From NCBI GenBank assembly GCA_964304625.1, contig OZ199838.1, positions 10,485,817 through 10,549,816 of the forward strand: 64,000 bases of DNA. The letters are read 5' to 3'. This document shows, one piece after another, positions 38,673 to 51,222 of the stretch (the first letter of the stretch is position 1; each line of letters begins with the position of its first letter). Origin of the DNA: Kudoa neothunni (lineage: Eukaryota; Animalia; Cnidaria). The position numbers and the translations under genes are program-made. The notes beneath the pieces are model-generated. The model was not told where the DNA came from. It ran no database searches and was given only the letters and a program-made list of their open reading frames with translations.

Positions 38673-40344
38673 TGAATCAGTGTCTTATTTGTAGGAGATG
38701 TTTTCGTTACCACAGCGACTTGCAAGTCCCAGCTCGGTAACAGGTTGAAACTCCCAGAGAAAGGTTAAGTGCAGCTCCACAGTAATTATCAGTTCAATAA
38801 AAATTTAGTTCCGTATAACATTGATCTTTTGAATGATACCATGATTAAAACGATATCAACTTTAATATTATTCATTATAATTATTTAAAGCAAACATTAG
38901 ACAACAACCAGGTGAAATATGTATTTGTGTTATAATTCAACTTCCGAAAGTCGCTTGTAGAAAACATTGCGATTCTTTTTCTTTCCGTTTTACTTTCCTG
39001 ATATAAACTTCCCAATAACCGTTATTTACTGTAATTGTTTCATTGCTAATAAAGAGAGAGTAACCGCGAAATTAAAAATTAGACATATTTTTTTATCAGA
39101 TAAAAAATTTATTGGTCTCTATTTTCAACATTAATTGTGAAACATGATTTTATATAAACCTCTCAAATAGCAACACATCAGGCCAGGTTACTTTAAATTT
39201 TACTCGTTACAAACATGGTATTAATACTCGACATTATTGGATTATGATAATTGAAATAACAATATATTCATCAAAAATATTCGTTATCAACTAAAAAAAT
39301 AAAATGTGTATTTTGTTTCAACGTTGAAATGAAAATTGAGTGACATCGACCTTGAAGTAGTCTTATAGGTATTAGTTAATGTGATGAAACTCTTGCATCT
39401 ACAAATACCTTTCTTTATTATATATAAAATCGTAAAAATGTAGGAAAAAGAAATTTAAGAATAAAAAATATCACTTTTAACCAAAGAAAAGAGGTTTGAT
39501 GTTAAAAATGGATTTCACAATAAAAGAAACCTGTGGATTTTTCATTAACAATAGTCCGTCCGAATAAATTTCATTCCTACAGATTATTCTCTATTATAAA
39601 CGTTTTTGAAAATTATCGTATTATTGATTAATGCATTTTCCAATTAATAATGACTCTTCAAGTACAGTTTATATGACCATTTATCAAAAAACACTCAATA
39701 ATTGCCTCTAATAAGGTAGCGATTTGATGAAAAAAATAAACTTAAAAATGTTTTATCTATGGATAAATTTTCAATATTCTACATGTCTGAACAACAACCG
39801 TTAATAATGACCTATTGTGAAATTTGTTTCGGTAGAATACCATGTAAACATATTATAAACAGTTCAATGCACAATTTTTACACAAAATCGTATTCATTCA
39901 AATTTAAATACAGAAACTAATGTATAAAACGGAGATTATAGTGTTTATCACATCGTCATTTATGCGATTAGATGAAAAATTAATTTTTTAGATTTTTTAG
40001 AACCATTTCCGACTGAAAAAGTCGTAAAAACGCTAAAAATGGGGGAGCCACGCGCTCCACAATTTTTAGGTTATGTAGCGAAGCATTAATATGAAATTCA
40101 TTTGTTGATGTTTAACAAGATTAATCCTTTCATACGATATGATTTAGAGATTACTGTGAACAACAAGGAGAAAATCGACTTTTTAAGAGCTCTAAGAGGA
40201 AATTTTAAATGGTCATTAGTGTTTATTCATTTTTAAAAATATTAAATAAGATTCATGTGTCTGATTATTTAAGGTACGTTAATTAAAATACAATTTAGGA
40301 CTAACTACAGTAACTGTATACGAACATAAAGCGGCATCGACATA

Positions 40345-40650
40345 CAATCGGAACAAAGTCGTTTCCTACAATTTGCCCTACTAATTGATTTCTCTTTAAA
40401 AATTTTTCAATAATTCTTTTCATCATACAAAATTTCTAATTATAAAAAAATAAGAATTTTTTGAAGTATTTATCAACAGTATAGAGATTTCACGTGAATC
40501 CGAATATGCTCGACGTAAGATTTATTTCCAGTTTACGAGATAATTCTTGTTGGTATAAAATTTATTAAGTTACTCTTTTTGTATGATAAATAACGTGAAA
40601 AATTAAAAAAACGAAATGAATTAATAAGATGAATCGTAGGAAACAACATT
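40345..40650. repeat. Repeat family A fragments arranged as an inverted pair
   Basis: AAAGTCGTTTCCTACAATTTGCCCT (about 40355) is direct to about 1989, while about 40467-40650 is the reverse complement of about 1985-2177. Confidence 0.7.
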
Positions 40651-41947
40651 TCCGGTTGTTTGTGCGATATCGCCTGAAATTGGCACACGTATTGTAGCTT
40701 AGTCCAACTTTGTGTAAAACCTTAATAGAAATTTTATCGGTTGATATTTGCAAGATTAGTCTTGATTGGGCATTTAATAGACCACATATCGATATTTTCT
40801 TAAATTCAAACTGAAATGATCTAAATCTTTACGCTTTTTATACTTTAGTAAAAATGCAATTTTTATCACATAACATATCTGGCTATTTTAATGACATTTG
40901 AAATGAAAACGACTGATATTTACTTATCCCATTTTTCCTTTTTTATCCAATATTTATTAGTTTTTACTTTTCTGCATAATATCAGGGTCATATTCAAAAT
41001 ATGCTATAACAAAGTGCATGAGATTACATGGTGTTATATTTAGATGATTACCATTATTGTTTTGTAGGGATGGTAATTTGGGTTATTTTTTCACGTATCT
41101 AGAAAGTTAAAATATATTTTTCGTAGTGCCATTAATGGCTAATCATATTTTTCACTAACCCATTGTTTTCTCTTATGAAAAAATAACGTGAACAAATTTA
41201 ACGGACGCATGTGACGATTAATTAAATTAAATAATCGGATTAAACATTGAAATAATAAAAATACGCCTCATAACGTACACCAATGTATTAACATCATGAA
41301 ACAACATTTAATTTAAATTGTTGAAAAGAATTTGATGGAAACATCAGCTTCAGAATTCATAGTTGAACAAAAAATTATGCATTTACTCACGGATAATCTA
41401 ATTTTTTATTAATCTATTTTATGCGTTATCAAAGTGACTTTAATAAATTAGTTCCGTATTCATGTTGTGATATTTTACTGAATAAAAGGGAAGTTTTTTT
41501 TCTATGTTTTATTTCCTGTATATTTTAGTAAAATGTTACAAATTACAACATAAAATTGGTTACGTAAAAACATTGGGCAAGGACCCTGTGCGTGAGCCAG
41601 AGATGGCGCTAGTTGCAGATCGAATAAACTTCTCACACATGCGCAAACTTGACAATTTGGTGAAACTCTATGAATTCCCATGTAATGGTAGAATGATTGA
41701 AATTTTTTGATATTATGGGAGTGTGTGAAATTAATAGTTTTAATGATGAGCGATAAAAAAATAAAAGATTCGTCTACACAAACATACATGTTTAATCCAA
41801 TTTAGATGTATCGATACAAACTTTAACTTATATTAATAGAGTAGAATAAATAAACTCTTAATGCTCCATAGAAACATATATATTATTACAAAATTCATTA
41901 ATCAACAAGAACAATTATTTAATTCAATTATTGTGGCGCTTGCGCAA

Positions 41948-42239
41948 ATGTCAGTGAATATAACTAAGTGGGTGCAGTCGATATTTCTTACACCATATAC
42001 AGCTAACATTTTATAGATGGCGTAGAATATGTCAGTGGAAATGGACGGTTAAAGTGGAGAGCTGTGGCATATGTAGAAATCCTCATAATGGCTGTTGTGG
42101 TTCTTGTTTGGTTCCAGGAGACGAATGTCCAATTACAACTGGCAAATGTGAACATGTTTTTCATACGCATTGCATTAAGAAATGGTTAGAATTAAAAGAT
42201 AAATGTCCTTTATGTCGTAGAGATTGGGAGTATAAATAG
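41948..42239 (+). CDS. ANAPC11: APC/C RING-H2 subunit APC11; exons 41948-41967, 42017-42239
   Basis: MSVNITKWRRICQWKWTVKVESCGICRNPHNGCCGSCLVPGDECPITTGKCEHVFHTHCIKKWL...CPLCRRDWEYK. NGCC..C.VPGD.CP is diagnostic of APC11. 49-nt intron with GCTAAC branch point. Confidence 0.92.
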
Positions 42240-42290
42240 AACAATGTTGTGTATATTGGATGGAGCTTTGTTTTGGACGCGCACGCAGGA

Positions 42291-42500
42291 ATGAAATTTA
42301 AACGGGCTGGAGTTTTGGGCCTATTTCGGGTAGGACGTGCATATACGACCTATAATGGTTTTATAATAAAACCAAGAAATCGTTCGCTAGTTTGCATGTC
42401 TGTTTTCTTGGCGTTCGCTACAATTGGGGGATATGTAGCGTCATCAGCTGCAAAAAATTTAGAGAACTGGAATATTTACATTCATGAACGTGAAGATTAA
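42291..42500 (+). CDS. SMDT1: EMRE (essential MCU regulator), mitochondrial Ca2+ uniporter subunit, 69 aa
   Basis: Basic, acid-free N-terminus (MKFKRAGVLGLFRVGRA, targeting-peptide-like), then YTTYNGFIIKP..TM..IGGYVASSAAKNLENWNIYIHERED. This aligns by eye to EMRE (VTRSGAILPKP..YVGTLISKNFAALLEEHDIFVPEDDDD). Confidence 0.75.
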   Translation: MKFKRAGVLGLFRVGRAYTTYNGFIIKPRNRSLVCMSVFLAFATIGGYVASSAAKNLENWNIYIHERED

Positions 42501-42708
42501 TATTGTTAGATAATATTTTATTTTTTTATCGGTGTGTTTTTGATGTTTGCAATTCCTCCCACAATGAGATGCAGGCGTTAGTGGCGTCTTTTGGGGAGCT
42601 ACTAGGATTTTATTTTAATTCTTGCGCATGTCTGTTTCCTAACAATTCAATTTTTGCCCGTCGCTACGCCAATACTTAACTGTTTCTATTTAACTAAATT
42701 TATTGATT

Positions 42709-43378
42709 ATGCCGCAAAATTCCTCAACTCAATCGCCCAAATATAAATTTCAGACATCAGATGGCGATGTCTTAGAAATGGATCAAGAGATTTTGAATCT
42801 GTCTAGTGTTTTAAGAGAAATGGTTTCAGGTATGAAAACATTTTTTTCTAATTGATCCAATCAATTATCTGTACTCATCTTTTTAGTTTCAGATCCCGTT
42901 AAAACTGGAGAAACCATTCGTATTGAATTGGTAAGCACAAGGATCTTCCAAAAAATATTAGATTGGGCTCGACTGCATCTTGATTATATACGCTTGGACG
43001 AGTACAAACGTAACGCCGCTGGTCCTAAAAATATTCTTGATGAAGTATATGCAAAGTCTCTACCTAAAGATGAACCATATAAATTGGAAAATTGGCAGAT
43101 TAACTTTCTCGATCTTGATCCAACCACTCTTCGCGACCTTATTTTAGCTGCCAACTATCTTCACATTCAAGAATTGATGGATATGTGCTGTAAATTTATT
43201 GCTTCTAAAATTGTAGGAAAGACGACAGAGCAATTACGTCACATGTTTAATATTACCAATGATTTCACTCCAGAAGAAGAGGAAAAAGTAGTTGTAGTGT
43301 TCAGCTGAGTTTGCCAAGTTGTAATTATTTTTTTAGATTCGTGAAGAATTTAAATATTGTGATGATCAAGATTTCTAA
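42709..43378 (+). CDS. SKP1: SKP1 (SCF adaptor); exons 42709-42829, 42887-43287, 43337-43378
   Basis: KFQTSDGDVLEMD...LSSVLREM; IELVSTRIFQKILDWARLH; WQINFLDLDPTTLRDLILAANYLHIQELMDMCCKFIASKIVGKTTEQLRHMFNITNDFTPEEEEK|IREE. GT-AG introns of 57 and 49 nt; AATAAA at 43384. Confidence 0.93.
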
Positions 43379-44942
43379 CTAAAAATAAACATGTTATTAA
43401 TTTATATTGATATTTGTGCGTATTCTTGACGTGTTTATTGGTGTAGCTTCTTGTGTTTGGCAATATCGACCCAAATAACCTTAAACTGATTCTGATAATC
43501 TTAGATTTGATCTCTTAATCTTCAGTCATCGAGTGGTCCAAGCAATTTTTGTTCGTATCAAACTAATTTTCCTTACTCTCAACGTGAATTAGAAACAATT
43601 CAAATATTTACATATAAAACCCAAAGCTCAGTTTATATGACAAAAATTTATATAAGTTCCACAATTATAAAGTTCTTAATCGTAAAAACTTAATTAGAAA
43701 TTTGGTGAATTTAATATAATAACAAGTTTGCTGATTTTAATATTTCTGTTTTTAAAAACTTTCATTTTACGTAGATATTATTTATAGACTGAATCGCCTA
43801 TTACTTATTTTAAATTTCCACTTATATATTTTAGGAAAAGGTTTTTTATAAGTACGCGCGGATTTTCGAGTCTAGTAGAATATTCAGACTTAACATTCTT
43901 TTTTTAACTATTATTACTGGCTTTGTTAATACACAAATTTTCGATATATTCCTAAATAAATATCTATACGATGTCAAACACAAATATTATATCTTAGGAA
44001 GTCAAACATAGACTAATTGGTAGGAGAAACCTTTTTGTACCTAATGAGAGATATAAATGACAAAATGTTACTCTCAATAGTAAATTAAAATTTGTTGCAA
44101 TTAAATAATTTTAAGTACCTATAGACGAAGGAAATGTTCCATATTAATGAATACTGTAACTTATAAAAGTAGATAATTTTAAACTCCATACCACAATAAT
44201 TAATAAATAAATTTGATTATTCCTTAATAGGTATTAAATATTTATGAATTGGTCCGTTAGATGCTCGGTAAAATAATACTATCGTATTCATCTATCTGTA
44301 TACCAAACAACCGGCACTTTTGTGGAGTATTTTTCGACTAATCACAATATATCTTTTTTATTAATTTGAAGGTAAATATGAGACAAAACTCACAAAAATA
44401 TCTTCGAACTGAAGCTGGCATTTAAACCGAATAATTATTCTAACGAGGATAGAATTATATCATTGCCAATTTTTGATGATAATTTGAACGAAAAAAGTAA
44501 TTAATTATTTAATTATCCGAATTTCTAAATTTTTCAAAAATTTAATAAATAATCATGATTTTACCGGAAGAGTTATCTTCTGGTAAATATATTTTGGAAA
44601 TATAAAATGTTTTATTGATACTTTTTGTTGTTTCAATCATTTCTGTTATGAATCCATTAAATTAACAAATATCAATTTATATGATAATCCATACAATATA
44701 AATAGTATTTTAAAACGGTTATTCCTGAAATTATAAGATTATTGTGGTTCTAATTTTGAAAGAAGAAGAGAATGCTCCATTTAAGAAGAAACTGGTATGA
44801 ACACTACAATTATCCTACTATTCTTGATGTTTTCTCTTGTGAAAGACCTAAAGTAAAATCAACTATTCTAATTGCTGGTGATAAAATAGATAAGCAGTAA
44901 TACAGAGGCTGTGAACGTCGTTACATTATACGTGATTTTTTA

Positions 44943-45488
44943 GGTTAAAATGTAGAATAATGGCCGTATTTTCCGACTACAGATTAGAATTAGCTCGTAA
45001 ATTAATCCTCAATTTTTTAAATCAAATTAATGTGATATTCGTTGAACATTTAATGACGTGAATTAGCGGATTTTATCCAACAAATTATTTTCTAAATTGA
45101 ATTTATACAATCGCTAAAATTAATCAGCTAATGCTGGTATAAAATAGGGAAAACCTATTCTTACAGACATGGAATTATTAATAGGAAATTGCTAAGGACG
45201 AAATACAAAAATCGATATAAAATCATTGTTGTTATGCCAAAATTTTAGAATAAATAAAGCATGATTTACCCGATCGATTAAATGGTATGGCGTGTTGAAA
45301 TAACTGCGATTGGCTAGCAGTTGAATATATGATAGATTACAGCAATTATTATTGATAATAAACATAGAGTCGAAAATAACCCACTGGCGATGAAATAATG
45401 ATAAATAAAAAAAATTAAAATAATCAACAGGTTCGATTTTTATCGTGGTCGCTGATTTGGATTACAGCCACTATTCTACATATTAACC
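44943..45488. mobile_element. MITE family B
   Basis: Imperfect TIRs GGTTAAAATGTAGAATAATGGCCGTA / TACAGCCACTATTCTACATATTAACC. Second partial copy at 6751-7125. Superfamily unknown. Confidence 0.7.
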
Positions 45489-45789
45489 ATATGCCTTAAC
45501 TCAATTAAAAATTAATAACTTTAGTTAACCAACAGAAATAATTTAATTAAAAAATATTTAATATATCGTACTTTACACTATTATAACTAATGAAATTAAA
45601 CTAAAAGCATATTAAGGAGATCATAATAATAGAAAAAACTACGTAGCTAGAAGATAACTTAAGAAAATTACTTTTTAACTTAAATTAATACCAATTTATC
45701 TGGCATAAACTGTAATACATTCAATGTTATAAACGGTTGCGCATCCCCAAAATATCAACCTAAATAATTCTAATGATTAGATGAAATAA

Positions 45790-46347
45790 AAGTACAATGT
45801 TGTTATTGAATTTAATTGCTGAATGCATAGATTAAGTGGAGAGTTCCATAAAATCTAAGGATACAATCACAGTATTACAAGACTTAAATCTACATTTTTA
45901 TAGTATAAATTACTAGTTCATCATAAATTAGGCAAATATGTACAATGTTTGCATTAAAACCTATTAATAGAAATTTTGAAGTGTGCTTATCAAGTCAAAT
46001 ATATTCATAACAACCCATATAAGGATTTTATTCGCGCAAACCTGCTTTATATATAACGATAGATGCCACTGTTAAATTAATGGCTGATTAGAACATATAA
46101 AGAGGATTGTTAATTCTATTGCTAAAATCGTGTAATCCTTTTAATAAACTTAAACCTGAAAAATTACTATTTCCTGATTTCTATTGAAGTATTGAAGAAT
46201 TTCACGTTGTAACAACAGTCTATTTTCTTATTTCAAATACTGTTAAATATTTCATAAATATTTTTTTATGAGGAAAAAAATGATCCAGAATATGTGCATT
46301 TGTTGACACACACGGACATCCCTCATTTTACAATTAGTAGTTAAGAT
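45790..46347 (+). repeat. Second, diverged copy of the 16713-17866 repeat family
   Basis: Shared TGCTTATCAAGTC...TAAGGATTTTATT.GCGCAAAC and terminal TGACACACA..CGGACA motif. Confidence 0.55.
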
Positions 46348-46702
46348 ATGGTAAGATTTTTAATTTTTTTAGTATACTTGCGCATTTTATATAGTAAGAT
46401 CCGATTTTAGATGTGAAACCCGATAGAACAAATTCTTTTCCGATTGAACATCAAAAGATTTTTGATTAAGGAATTTTATTTTTTTAATTTTGAACCTTAA
46501 ATTATTAACATATATACTCATTAGTAGGTATAAAGCAATGGATACTCCTAGAGCAGGGGTGGGCGATTATATTTTGAAGTGGGTCGGATTATAGTAAAAT
46601 CAATATATTTGAACAGATGGGTACACAAGATATTATTTCTAATACTTCAATATTAAAATAAGGTAGACTGACACTAGCCAAGTGTAAAAAACCTCTTGAA
46701 TA

Positions 46703-48415
46703 TTATTTTTTCAGCATAAAAAAGTTCACATTATAAAATTGGGAAAAAATAAGTAATAATCCATGAGATAAGTGTAATCTACTACAATCGCTAATTAATT
46801 TTCCAAAATTTGGATCTAGTTTTCTTGCATTGATTATTAGGACAGCCTGGGAATTTGAATCAGTCAGTAGATACCTATTCTTTGATTTGTTGATAAAGAT
46901 AACGCAAAAAGTTTGTTCACATGTGTGGATAGATGCGAAAAAAACAAAAAGCTTGCTTGAAAAGTTATTTAGATTGAAAAATTTCTCTTGGTTCAATATC
47001 CGATATAAGTCAACTAGGCTTTCATTTTCACATATAGACTTTATCATGTTGGATTGCAGATCTATAATTTCAAAATTGTACTTCATCAGTAGCTTTTTCG
47101 AAGTCATATGTAAACGAAGACTTTAACAAGTTAAATTGAGGCTCCATTCTTGTAAAATCTAAAAAGTTCCTTCCAAATTCTTCTTTTAAACTTAACATTT
47201 GCTCATTGTATTACTTTGCATATGTGCCGTTCACACACTGAGTTATTAAACATGGGAAATATGCATAGTTCTGATTTGAAAGTTGATTCGCGAAAAGTTT
47301 CAACTTTTATTCAAATGAATTGACTTCCACATACATGTCGTGAACGAAAACGCCCTTCCCTGAAGTTTGGTGTTTAAATCATTAGACTTTTCCATGATAT
47401 CTGTTGCAAAAGAAAAACCACATTTCTATTCATTATCCTTTGTTTTTTCCGTGAAATCACAATTAATACCCTTATTTTCAAAAAACACTATAATTTCATC
47501 TTTAATTTCCCAAACCCTTCTTAAAACTTTTCCAAGACTTGGCCATCGTACATTTGTATGATACAAAACATCAGAATAGTCAGATTCCATATACTCCAAA
47601 AAACTACGGAATTGCCTGTGGTTCAGTCCCTTCGACCTTATTATATTCACAGCATTTGTGACCGAATCAACGACATTCTTTAGGTCCACTTTTGATTTAA
47701 AGAGACTTTATTGGTGAATTATACAATGAAAAGAAAGTAGATTGTGGTGGGGGTAGCTTTATTTAATCTTTTCACTCATTAGTTTAACAAGACCGTGATG
47801 CCTCCCAATAAATGCAGAGGCTCCGTCAGTTGTTATACTTACAAGTTTATCAAGGCATAATCGAGATTTTTCCAAGCAATTCATAACACTATCATAAACG
47901 TTTTGCGCAATAATAGTATTTTTAAGATTTTCCATTGATAGAAGCTCCTCTGTGATGTTAAAATCTTCATCAATGCCACGAATAAAAATAAGCAATTGCG
48001 ATGTGTCGCATATGTCTGTACTTTCGTCTAACGCTAACGAATACCACTGGAAGGATTCTGCCATGTCCAATAGCTTTTCATTTAAGTTAGCAGCAATAGC
48101 ATCCACCCTGCGTACAATAGTTTCCCTTGACAGTGGAATTGTTTCAATTTTTTTTTATCTCAGGAGAAATGGTTTCAGCTATTTCAACAAAACAAGATTT
48201 TACGAACTCAGAACCAGCGAATGGTTTATTACACTTTGCAATCTTCCTTGCTAATCTGAAGCTAGCTTCTGTTGCATAATCTTGTATGCAAGTTGACTTC
48301 ACAAATGTACTTTGCTGCTGTTTCATTTTATGGGCCATTTCAGCTGCTTTACTTTTTAGCTCTATTTCTAAAAGATTTCGACAAAAGTTAGTATGAGTCG
48401 ATTTGAAATGTCTTT
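46703..48415 (-). pseudogene. Frameshifted hAT transposase (GTF2IRD2-like)
   Basis: KPFAGSEFVKSC, YSLALDESTDICDTSQLLIFIRG, ITTDGASAF, HCIIHQ, YHTNVRW and FASIHTCEQTF motifs spread across several broken ORFs. Confidence 0.85.
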
Positions 48416-48599
48416 TTAAGCCTCCGAGTAAAATGGGGTAGATTTCTACCCCTTTTTTATTTGTAGGTTGTAAAATTTTCAGCTGCTTAGAAGATTAAAT
48501 TATATTCTTTAAACACGGCACAGGTATGATGGCAAATGAGACAAATAGTTTTTGTACCACTTTCAATACAAAAATACTTTTCTATCCATTCTTTATTAA

Positions 48600-50316
48600 C
48601 CCTCCGTGACACGCGCAAAAAACTTAACGCGAACTTTCTTCGTGGGGTCCAATGGACCCCACGAAGAAAAACTCGATGTAAATTGCCACATATATTATTT
48701 TAATTGATTGTTTTAAAACAGTTGTCGCATATAACGTTAGAGTGTTCCTTGCAAACCTGATTTTTGCAACTGTGACACGCTGTTCGGATTTTTTATCGTT
48801 TTGGCGAGAACACAAGTGGCAACTTTTTTTAACGATGATATTGTTGGATTCTTGTGAAAAATTGATTTTTGGTGGTTCTGTAAAGTTTTCATTAAAATAA
48901 ATTATGTTTAATACCTTTTCTACAGATTTGCTCTTCTATAAGCTGCATGGATAACGATTTCAAAAAATCTTTCCTTCTTATTTGTTTGTTCGATTTTATA
49001 CAGCAAATAACAAAAGCGATGATTGATACGACGTTTAACAAAGTGTGAAATATTACTGCCGGCCATCTTCTAGTTGTTCGATAGGTGGAATAATTGGCAC
49101 ACATTTGGTCAACTGTATCAACACCGCCCTTGGTAGAGTTATAAAATGAAATAATCTCCGGAATTTCTTTTTTATTTTTTTTAAAGTTCCGAAAGCAGTT
49201 ATTCCATTTTTTAACAATTCTTGGAAAAGGGGAACAGAAGAAAACCAGTTATCTAAAGTTATGTTTCTGGCAGAACCTAAAATTGGTTGTGCTAGACGCA
49301 TAACTACACTTTGAGCAGAATTATTCACGTTACTCTGAGCACCCACATAAACTTCTAGGTTTAAAGTATAAAATGTCTTTGAATCTGTCGTATTGAATAT
49401 TTTAAGCCCATATTTCGCTGGCTTGTTGGGCAGGTATTGTTTAAAAATACACCTCCCTCCAAATGATTTTAACATTTCATCAATGACTAAGTATTCTGAG
49501 GGAGAATAATATTTTAAGAATTTTGTTTTGACGTCATTGAAAACATCTTTAATTCTTTCAAATTTATGATGAGCAGAGTCTGGCAAATTTCCAGCATAAT
49601 GTAGACATCTTTTCAATAATTTGAATCTATTAAAACTGAAAACTTTTTTGCATAATGGAATGCCGAAGACATCATCTACCCAGAGTTCATTCATGTCGGT
49701 TAAATTTGCCTTTCTTATTGCAAGAAAATAATGCAAGCCATTGATTGCTTTTAAATCACATAGATCAAATTCCGTGCAATCAAGTTCTCGTTTGAAATTT
49801 GACTTCATGTTTTTTAAGTGGTTGTTGGTGTGATAAAATATATTATTTAATATTGCATCTGTAATAAATAAGCTCTAGATTTGAGATTCTGAGTTAATAT
49901 TATCAGGGATGAGTATTTGATTTTTTTAGAAAATAATCCAACAGGATTAGCTGACCATTCAAAGTTCTTTCCATAAAATTTATCTTTATTTCCATCAGAA
50001 GTTTCCAAAGTTGAGTAATTTTTAGATATATCGGGTTCTTCTATATCCTCAAATGCTTCAGAACTCGAATTATCTCCTTTTTCTAATACCAAATCATCAT
50101 TACGTGAGTCATCGCTATGGGATTCTAGATCGGATAGATAAGGATTGTTATCACCGTCAAGAAATATTCTTAAATCCATCTAAGTTGGCAGAAAAGTTAA
50201 ATAAACAAAAATATGCGAATAGAACTGACCGTTTAGAACTAAGTTAGTTAAAACCAGAATTATCAGGAACGAAAATTCACGTGGGGTCCATTGGACCCCA
50301 TGCGTGCCACGGAGGG
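48600..50316 (-). mobile_element. piggyBac element nested in hAT, with broken transposase
   Basis: TTAA|CCCTCCGTGACACGC...GCGTGCCACGGAGGG|TTAA; subterminal palindromes GTGGGGTCCA(A/T)TGGACCCCA at both ends; IDEML, KPAKYGLK, TLDNWFSS and TTRRWP motifs. Confidence 0.92.
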
Positions 50317-51222
50317 TTAAATACACGGCATTCATTATCAATTTTTCGTTTTGCAGAACGCCTCGTGACTGCATTGCAAGCACGCAGGAATTTAAAGTTT
50401 CTCGTAAAATTATTGTGTAAAAGTGCAGTAGTTAGCGTTTATTAATTTGAGCGAATTTCAATGAATTTATCTTAAAATGAAGCGGTTCATTATCTTATTG
50501 AATTTTATACAGCTAATTAGACTTGATTATTCGGTACGGTCTGCTCTCATTTCTTACTGTAAGCTAGTTTTTTTAGGAAAAGCGACTTCAGAAAAACAAT
50601 CAACAGTTTGTTTTGTTTTGAAATTTGTTTCATCCGCCAATTTGTGTAGCGTGGCATGACTGCGAATCTCACTGTCAATATTTATATGATGAGTCACTCT
50701 CAAATAATCCTAATATTCTTCCTATAATATTATACATTTTTGGAATTCAATTTTTAAGTTTAAAACAACGATTGCTATTAAATCAGGATATAAAAAGTAT
50801 GAGTTTAGTTTAAAAACGTTGAAGAGTATTTGTCTTCAAACAAAACCTTCTTAGAGAGAAACTAATTGCATAATGTATCAAAGACGGGTGAATTAACAAA
50901 AAGTTTTCTATCAAGCTTCGGTAATGTTTTTAAACAATATGGCGGGCCGTATCATGCCCATCCCTGCCCTAGAGATCCGCAAGAATAGTTAGCGCCGAAA
51001 TTTTTAATAGGTCACGTAGATTTCAAGAGGGTGACTATTCATAAGCTGAGCTTTGCATATTTCCTCATTTTGACATAAATAATAATAGAATTTGTTATAG
51101 AAGGATATATTCCTCAGGATTTTATGTAAATATCAGGAAAATATATTATTGAAATTGAAAAGATTATAAAAAATACAAATTTTGGATAAATCACTCAACA
51201 AATATAATATTTGAGTAATGAT

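Larger units (their letters stand above)
46554..50966 (-). mobile_element. hAT (Buster/SPIN-GTF2IRD2-like) transposon carrying a nested piggyBac
   Basis: TIR CAGGGGTGGGC / GCCCATCCCTG; 8-bp TSD TCCTAGAG / CCCTAGAG with central TA (Buster-type). Confidence 0.85.

Noticed and set aside
41598-41612. CCAGAGATGGCGCTA as a CTCF or YY1 site
   Set aside because: Only the 3' half matches the consensus; single instance, unsupported.
42054-42239. RING-H2 protein as RBX1, which would pair neatly with SKP1
   Set aside because: The NGCC-x2-C-x-VPGD-x-CP pattern and short N-terminus match APC11, not RBX1.
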